A stretch of DNA of 64,000 nucleotides from Carpediemonas membranifera BICM (Eukaryota > Protista > Fornicata). Position numbers and translations under genes: made by a program. The DNA is taken from NCBI GenBank assembly GCA_019828565.1, contig JAHDYR010000015.1:299926-363925 (forward strand), written 5' to 3'. Below the pieces are notes generated by a model. That model was not told the origin of the DNA. It was given only the letters and a program-made list of their open reading frames with translations, and made no database searches. Shown piece by piece: positions 56,563-64,000 of this stretch. How positions within the stretch are numbered: the first letter of the stretch is position 1; each line of letters starts with the position of its first letter.

Positions 56563-59500
56563 ATGAACATTGACGCCCTGTCTAACTTTTTGGCCCCATG
56601 GTTGAATTCGGCTAAGCCGAAATCATGGTACTCATTCCGAGACAATTACCGTTCTTTTAACGCCCGCACGAACTCCGAAATTCCGATCTTCAGTCTCATT
56701 AGCCCCATTGTTATTCAGCTCCTGGAGCTGAGTGATCCTGAGCTCCATGCCTTTATCGCAGAAGCGCGCGCGGCACTTGAATCTCCTCATGTGCCTGAAG
56801 TGGCCGAGGAGAATGTAGGCCAGATCGCTATGGTCGCCGCCGCGCCTGCAGAAGAAGAAGAGGACGAAGACACGTCTGACGACTCCGACTCATCCTCTTC
56901 CGATGATGACAATGAGCTGGCTCCCCCTCCCGAAGACTGGAATGAGGCTTTTATTGATCGCGTGAACCGCATCTTCGCCCCCCTTGATAAGCAAGATGCT
57001 CTCGACCGGTTCGACGATATCAAGTTCCCCGACGGTAACCTCTACGAGTCCATGCTAACCTATGTGTTCCTTTACTCGCGGATGATTATGAACTGCGCGC
57101 ATGTCCGTCCGAAGGAGTCTTCGTTAGTTCAGAAGTTCCTGACCAACGTGCGCGGAGACCGTCTACGTGAGCGCTGCGCCACCTACAAGGACAAGCGATC
57201 GTTTGAACGAACGGCTCAGGCAGCTATTGCGCAAGCCAGAAAGGCTGAGCAAGCGGAGAGAGAAGGTCGCCGGTCCAAGAGTAAAGGGCAGGCATACGTT
57301 GACTTTCTCCTCGCAGCTCTGACCCAAGGTAAGCCTAGCCAAGCCTCTGCTCGTCCCCTGTTCCCGATCCGCCTCCTGCAGTGCCCCTCATCTGCGTTGT
57401 ACGACACTGGCGCCACGGCCAACTTTATCTCAGAAGAGCTAGCTTCCTCGCTGCCCATTGAGCCTTCACTCGAGTCCCATCAGGTCCAGTTGTTCACTGG
57501 ACAGAAGGTTAATACGACCCATGTAATGACGGCTGACTGTGAGTTCCCCTCCGCCACTGGCCACAAGCTCACGATCAAGACAAAGTTCATTATCATGCGC
57601 GAAAAGCTCCCAGCTCCTACAGTCATTGGGTTCCCCTTGCTCGTGTCCGCCGGATTGATCCAATTCCCCGCTGACGACCTCATTGTGGAGGTTGGGGATG
57701 ATTACGACGACATGTTCGATGTGGATGCCCTACATGACGCAACTGAGACCACCACACCTACGATCATGAAGTTCGAGGAGCAGATATCGCGAATCTTGCA
57801 AGATCTACCTGGCCTCTTCGAGGAAGATCTGTCCGTGACATCAACTCTGCCCCCCTTCAAGGTCAAGACCGAAGACCCAGACAAAGTCATTAACGTCTAC
57901 CCCTACCGCTATTCCACACCTGTACGGACCGAGATTGTGCGCCAAGTCCATGAACTAGAGGCCCAGGGTATCATCCGGAGATCCACATCGGCATTCAACA
58001 ACCCGATAGTCATGGCTAAGAAGCGGGGCGGAGCCCTACGACTATGCCTAGATTTCCGAGCCCTCAATCTCATCACCTCGCCCGACAGTCACCCCCTGCC
58101 ACTGATAGACAACCTCCTGGATCACCTCGAGGGAGCAAAATTCTTCGCGGCTTTAGACCTGAAATCGGCTTTTCATCAAGTTCCCATGGCTAGTGATAGT
58201 TGCAAGTATACTGCCTTCACAGTGGATGGCCTGGGGAAATTTGAGTACTGCCGCATGCCGTTTGGAATGAAGAATGCCCCTATCCAGTGTCAACGGGCTC
58301 TCGAAGCCGTTCTCAGTGACAGCCTGTACACTCAGGCCTTAGCGTACGTGGACGACGTCATCATATATGGGAAGGATAGGAACACCTTCTTGAAGAACCT
58401 CCGGGACGTTCTGCACAAGCTTCACGCGGCGGGTCTCCGCCTTAACGCTGCCAAGACAGTCCTCGGTGTCGAAGAAATCGACTACTTAGGATGGAGACTC
58501 AATGCACGAGGCCGCAGGATCGCTCCTGATCGCCTCCAGGCGATTCGCGACATCAAGCCCCCCACCAACCTGACTGAAGCCCGCTCGGTGCTAGGCCTGG
58601 CAAACTACTTCCGCCCCATCATCGAGAGGTATGCCGACATCACAGAGCCAATCACTGTGCTCACCAGAGCCACTGCAGGCCCCTTCGCCTGGGGTTCCAG
58701 TCAACAAAGAGCCCTTGAGGCAGTCAAGACAGAGTTACTAACGGAAAGGGTGCTACGACACCCACAACCTGATGAGACACTCCATCTGTACACCGACGCC
58801 TCGGACGTCGCCGTTGGCGGCATGCTCGCGAACGAGGAAGGGCACCCCATCGCCTTCTTCTCCCACACTTTGAACCCAACCCAGCGCCGCTGGTCCACCA
58901 CTGAACAGGAATGTTACGGTCTTTACTTTGGAATGACGAAGATGAAGCGATATCTCGCCGGACGCCACTTCGTAACACATACTGACCACCGCAACCTGTT
59001 ATTTGCCCACAAATCCACCAACGCCAAAGTCATTCGCTGGCGACTAGCGATGAATGAGTTCGACTTCGACCTCGTCCATATCCCTGGTCAAGAGAACACC
59101 GTTGCTGACACGCTATCTCGCCTAGTCCATGTGAGCACTGCAGAAGCATCGCTCAACAAGCGCGAGACGTTCAAGGCACACCATGGCGGTTCAGCAGGAC
59201 ACCTCGGTGTTCGCGCCACCTGCCGTCGCATCGCGAATGCGGGACAATCTTGGCCGGGTCTCCACAAAGACGTCCAACAATGGGTAAGTGAGTGCCCAGT
59301 CTGTCAGCTCACCCGTCTGAACGTTCAACCCGTCGGCCAGCACCCGCATGCATTGGCTGGGACATACCCCTTCCAAGTGGTACAAATGGACCACATTGGT
59401 CCGCTAGATGGTCACCCCTCACTCCGGCACGCACTAGTCGTAGTTGACACATTCTCTAAGCTCACCCAAGTGTACCCGACACAGTCGACCTCGACAGCAG

Positions 59501-60384
59501 AGGTCATCAACTCTTTAGAACACTGGATCAAACACTATGGAATACCCGAAGCTATCGTCTCTGACAACGCATCCGGATTCTCTTCCCAGGCATTCAAGTC
59601 ATTCGTGGCCGAGAATGGCATTAGGCATGAACTCGGTACAGCTTATCACCCGGCAGGCCGTGGTGTAGTTGAAAGACGCAACGCCGAGATCAAGCGCCAT
59701 TTGAAGGCTTTTACCCTTGAATCAGGCAGGAGCTGGCCTGAGGAAGTCCCCAACACAGTGATTCTGCTCAACGACATCCCCTATGAGTACAGCGGCCTTT
59801 CGGCCAATGCAGCTCTCTTCGGTAAGCAGCTCCACACGACCAACAACGCGACCGATGACTCCCCTATTTCCCTCGAGCACTTCCGCTCATCCCTCCTCGC
59901 CCTTCAGGCCCACCAAGGATCAGCAGTGTCACGCGAGCCCCCTTCGGAGACGCACGCACCAATCGTTGGCGCAGCGGTTCTACTCCGGCGAGACACGCCC
60001 GTTGGCCCTATCATCCGAGGCCCTATGCGAGTCCTCTCACCTGGCGACCACCCTAACGTCTACACCCTCAAGGACCTGACAACTCTTGCAACCGTCACAG
60101 CGCACGCAGACTCTCTTTATACGTTTAAGGGGTCATATACAGATGCTGAGCTGCAACGATGGGCCGCCCGCCTGCACAACGAGTATGTCGTCCGAGGAGT
60201 TGACGCCCACCGCTGCAGGCAGAGGAACCTCCAATTCCACGTGCTCTGGCACGGCTACGACGATAGTGAGGCAACTTGGGAGCCTTTTACCCGAGACCTC
60301 GACAAGCTCGCTGCCCTTGACGACTATCTTGCTGAGCATCCCCAATTGCTCAAGAAGATGAAGAGCGCCCGTAAAGCTCTCTAG
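56563..60384 (+). mobile_element. Ty3/Gypsy chromovirus-type retrotransposon, intact single Gag-PR-RT-RNaseH-IN-chromodomain ORF (1273 aa)
   Basis: YDTGA; RLCLDFR, LDLKSAFHQ, MPFG, YVDD; TDASD, HTDHRNL; HHCC, DDE (QMDH, SDNAS, VERRN); chromodomain FHVLWHGY...TWEP. Confidence 0.96.
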
Positions 60385-60632
60385 TTGTCGTCATCTACTT
60401 AATAATACTCCACATCTCTCATTGCGGAGGCAGAAACCGCAGATTTGCAAGTGCGGCTCTTGTATTGTGTGCTTTGCGTTGAGAATGATGCGGAACACGA
60501 CGCCGTTCAAGAATATTGATGTTGATTAGTTACTTAGCGGTTCGTTGTATGATTTTGCGTGTATCCGGACAGATTTTCCACCATGCGAGTTCACCACCAT
60601 CCTTCTGAATCAATTGATGAGGGGCCGAATGG

Positions 60633-60712
60633 TGAAGTTCTCAGCCCAGCAACACGGATGATTTAGATCAATCTGTAATATATGTAACACGTAAACGGGG
60701 ACCTGAACTTCA
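60633..60712 (-). repeat. Candidate 80-bp 3' LTR of the minus-strand Gypsy element
   Basis: Perfect 8-bp termini TGAAGTTC...GAACTTCA directly after the purine tract AGAAGGGGAAGCGGAGGTAG, which includes the stop codon. Confidence 0.7.
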
Positions 60713-63700
60713 CTACCTCCGCTTCCCCTTCTGCGCGTCCCTCCACGCCTTCATGTACTTCTTGAATTCCTTATTCCAATCGGGGCGTCGGAGCAGGTAC
60801 AGCTTCAGGTGCTCGTTATCTTTGAGCTTGTCTGCGTCCACCCATTGCTCGAACACGTCATCTACCTTGGCCCAAGCGACAAAGAACTGAAGGACATCAC
60901 CAGCCCATCGTTGACCACCGATTCCGCGCACCACTCCGCACTTGTCATCCTTTCCGCGTTCGACCATAGCCTTTTCGATCGTCATTGCCTCCTGTACACG
61001 GTGTAACCTCGAACCATGCCGCACGTACTTCGCGCTAGTAGCGGGGTCCCATATCTCAGCTGTATCCATATGCCCCGTGTTCACGCTAGTAACCAAATAG
61101 GGCCCGGTCCGCTTGAGCTCGAGCATCGAGTGATTGGCCTTCCTCTTCCCATCAACGTTGCTGGCGCGATCCATCAGCACCCACATACCGATCTCTGGCT
61201 TGACCTTTCCCCTCATCTCCCCCTCGCCTCTCAAGTCCGTGGGCTTGGCCGTGCCTTCGACGAACTCGTTCGGGGCTCCGCCCAGTGACTCCACCCTCCT
61301 GCTGTTCAGTGTGTCCTCCACTTCGCGCAGCGCTGCCGTCCACCTGGGATCGGTGTCACGGTAGGTGACCCGCTCCAGCTCCCGCCGCACATCCCTGTTC
61401 CTCCTCTCGACAACCCCGTTTGCCTCGTGTCGCTCCGGGGTCGTGTGGTGTACCGTGGCGCCCCACTCACTCTTAATAAACTTCGCGAACTTCGCCGATT
61501 TGAATTGGCTCCCGGCGTCGGCATGCACCGCCTTAGGCGTGACGGGCCACTCGATCGTCCTCAGAGCCTCGATCGCGTCGTCGGACGTTGTCCTGACCAT
61601 CGGCCTGAGCCATGTCCTCCGTGAATATCCGTCCACCGCCACCAGGATATGCTTGGCCGACGGGTCCTCCTCCAACCCGCCCATGGTGTCAATGAAGAGT
61701 ACATCCCCCACCGCGTCGCCCGTCGGTATCTTGCGCGTGGTCCATTGTAGTTGGTCGGCCAGGGATGTAGATCGCTTCTGCTCGTACACGTTCTTCTCTA
61801 CTGGGGCGCTGGCGGCCGCCACCTTGGTTGGCATCCGTGACAACATATCGGCCATCGGGTTGTCCACTCCGTTGACGTGGGTCAGCTCGAAGTCGAACCG
61901 GTGCCTCAGGTCCAACGCCCATCCCTGCACCGTTGTGTTCTCCGACTTGTCCATCCACAGGAGGTTCCTATGATCGGTGAACACTCTGATCTTCTTGCCC
62001 TTGATGTACCTGTCGAAATGCTCGAGACCCTTCTTGACCGCCCACGCTTCCTTCTGTGTCATGTTCCACCTGGCGCGTGACGTGTCAGGTTGGATAGCCT
62101 TCGCAAAGTAGGCCACCGGCAGCCGCTTGCCCTCCCGCTGGACCACCAGAACGGCCCCCACCCCGTGGTCACAGGCGTCAGTCCACACTTCCAACTTGTC
62201 GTCTGGGCTCGGGATCACCATCGCCGTAGCCTTAGCCACCGCGTCCCTGATGGCTTTGAACGCCCGCTCGCAGCTCTCATCCCACTCTTTGTCGAAGACC
62301 ACTCCCTTCCTCTCGAGCCGATGCAGGGGTGCCTCCATCAACCCCAGCTTCGGGATGCAATCCCTAATCCAGTTGACGGACCCAAGAAACTCCCGCACAT
62401 CGTGGACCGACTTGGGCCTTGGTATCTTGAGTATGCCGGCTATCCTGTCGGGGTGTACGCTTCGCTCGCCCTTCCGCACAACCCAGCCGATGTACTCGAT
62501 CTCATCCTTCCCGAACTTGCACTTCTCTTCGCCCAATCCGACGGCGTGCTCCAGCAGCCGGTCGACCACCAAGTCGAGATTCCTATCGTGCTCGTCCTTG
62601 TCTCTGCCGAATATCACAATGTCGTCAATATACACTAGGCAGGCGGTGCCGATCAACTCCCGCAGCACGGCTTCCATTGCCATCTGCATGTGTGCCGCGG
62701 CACACTTCAGTCCGAAAGGCATGCGGTTATATTCGTACTGTCCGTCCGCCGTTGCGAAGGCGGTGTACCCCTGCTGTCTTCCTCAATCTCCACCTGGTTG
62801 AAGGCCGCCTTCAAATCAAGGGTACTGAACTTCGAGTTGCCCTCGAGCATCGTGATGATGTCTTCGATGCGGGGCAGGGGGTACTCGTAGTCGTGGGTTA
62901 GCGAATTCAACTTGCGGTAGTCCACGCACAGGCGCTTGTCCCCCGACTTCTTACTCGCCAGTACCACCCTGGAGCTGAACGGAGCCATTGATGGCCTGAT
63001 GATCCCCTTCCTCAACATCGCGGCAACCTCCTTTCTCACCCACCCCGCGTCCTCCGCGGACAGCTTGGCTGGCCATGCCCTGAAATGACCGACGTCGGCC
63101 TGCAGCTTAAGGCTAAACCTCGGCACGTTCGCGGCTGACCCCTCCCTGCCGTAGCGATAGAGCTTCTGCAGCTTCTCCTCTCTTGTGCCGGACGGCGTAG
63201 GGTCGACCCCCAGCCTCTCTGCCGCCTCCGGGGCTATCACACCCCGCTCGACCAACGTGGCGAACCCTACGAACAGGAGCTCCTTCTCCACCAAGCACCA
63301 CTCAGTGTGGACACCCGCCAGCCTCGCCCTCGTTGTTGCCACCACCGGTATGATCTCACCGCCAGCCGCTTCTACCTCTTTCACTTCCTTCACAGGTCCG
63401 AATGTCAGACCCAGCTCCCTCGCTAATCGTGTGGACATCAGGTTGGCCCCGGCCCCAGAGTCTAATAACGCTCGCTCCACTCTGTCCTCGATCATCACCT
63501 CTCGCTCCCATGTCACGGCCTCCGTCTGGCCCGAACACACCACCCTCCTGTTAGGAACCGCCGCTCCACCACCTTCCTTCTCACACGAAACAACATCAAC
63601 AGCGTACGCCCGCGCATTTACAGCGTCTGGGCAATCCCTGGCCACGTGCCCCTCCTTCTTGCAACGGAAGCAAACAGGCTGAGGGAGGGGGCATCTGTCG

Positions 63701-64000
63701 GCGAAGTGTCCGGTCTCACCACACCGGAAGCACTTCTGGTGCCGAACAGTCATGCGGGCGACCAGGGGGGCGGAGGCAGTGGTGTGCTCGTCGGCGTGGG
63801 TGGGCGTGGGTCTCGTCTCTACAAGCTCCCTCGCCGCGCGCAGGACGACCGTAACTGCGGCCTGGACCGACGCCGCCTCGCGGACGTCGTCCTCGACCTT
63901 GGTGCGCAGTTCGTCGTCGACGATGGCCTCCGTGAGGAGACGGCGGGCCCGGGCGTCCGACACCATCGCGTCTCCGCAGATGCGCCGGACGAGCTGAAAC
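60633..64000 (-). mobile_element. Second Ty3/Gypsy chromodomain retrotransposon, 5' part outside the window; single frameshift in RT near 62768-62771
   Basis: Two CCHC knuckles, LDSGA, RLCVDYR, LDLKAAFNQ, then a frame change to YTAF...MPFG, YIDD, TDACD, DDE core, GPY, chromodomain FFVAW. Confidence 0.94.

Noticed and set aside
62761-62780. Programmed gag-pol ribosomal frameshift
   Set aside because: The shift falls inside the RT domain, not at a gag/pol boundary, and there is no slippery heptamer.

Overview
Gene-dense, GC-rich eukaryotic (protist) chromosomal window with about 30 host genes, nearly all on the + strand. Intergenic gaps are short and most introns are only 28-39 nt (donor mostly GTNNGT, branch point fused to the 3' splice site). 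These introns and the AGTAAA/TGTAAA signals overlapping stop codons suggest a metamonad/fornicate, e.g. a Carpediemonas-like organism (inference). Recognisable genes include a MAK/ICK kinase, M1 aminopeptidase, adenosine kinase, an unusually long VAP, calmodulin, RPL22, Rab5, DDX3/Ded1, RPL26, MRE11, SAS6-like, EFL1, DYRK1, a syntaxin, CPSF160, SURF6, a SCAPER-like protein and SerRS. The best lead is an 831-bp Fanzor/TnpB-like remnant (39818-40648, minus strand). It ends in an omegaRNA-like hairpin array and is bracketed by a perfect 22-bp direct repeat, so its predicted guide matches a site just upstream of the SURF6 start. The right end holds three chromodomain Ty3/Gypsy elements, two with candidate LTRs of only about 80 bp and one intact ORF with no LTR pair. 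Other leads are a ~510-bp dispersed repeat, non-canonical intron candidates (calmodulin, NAPE-PLD-like gene) and two candidate structured ncRNAs. All family calls come from motif recognition by eye; no searches were run.
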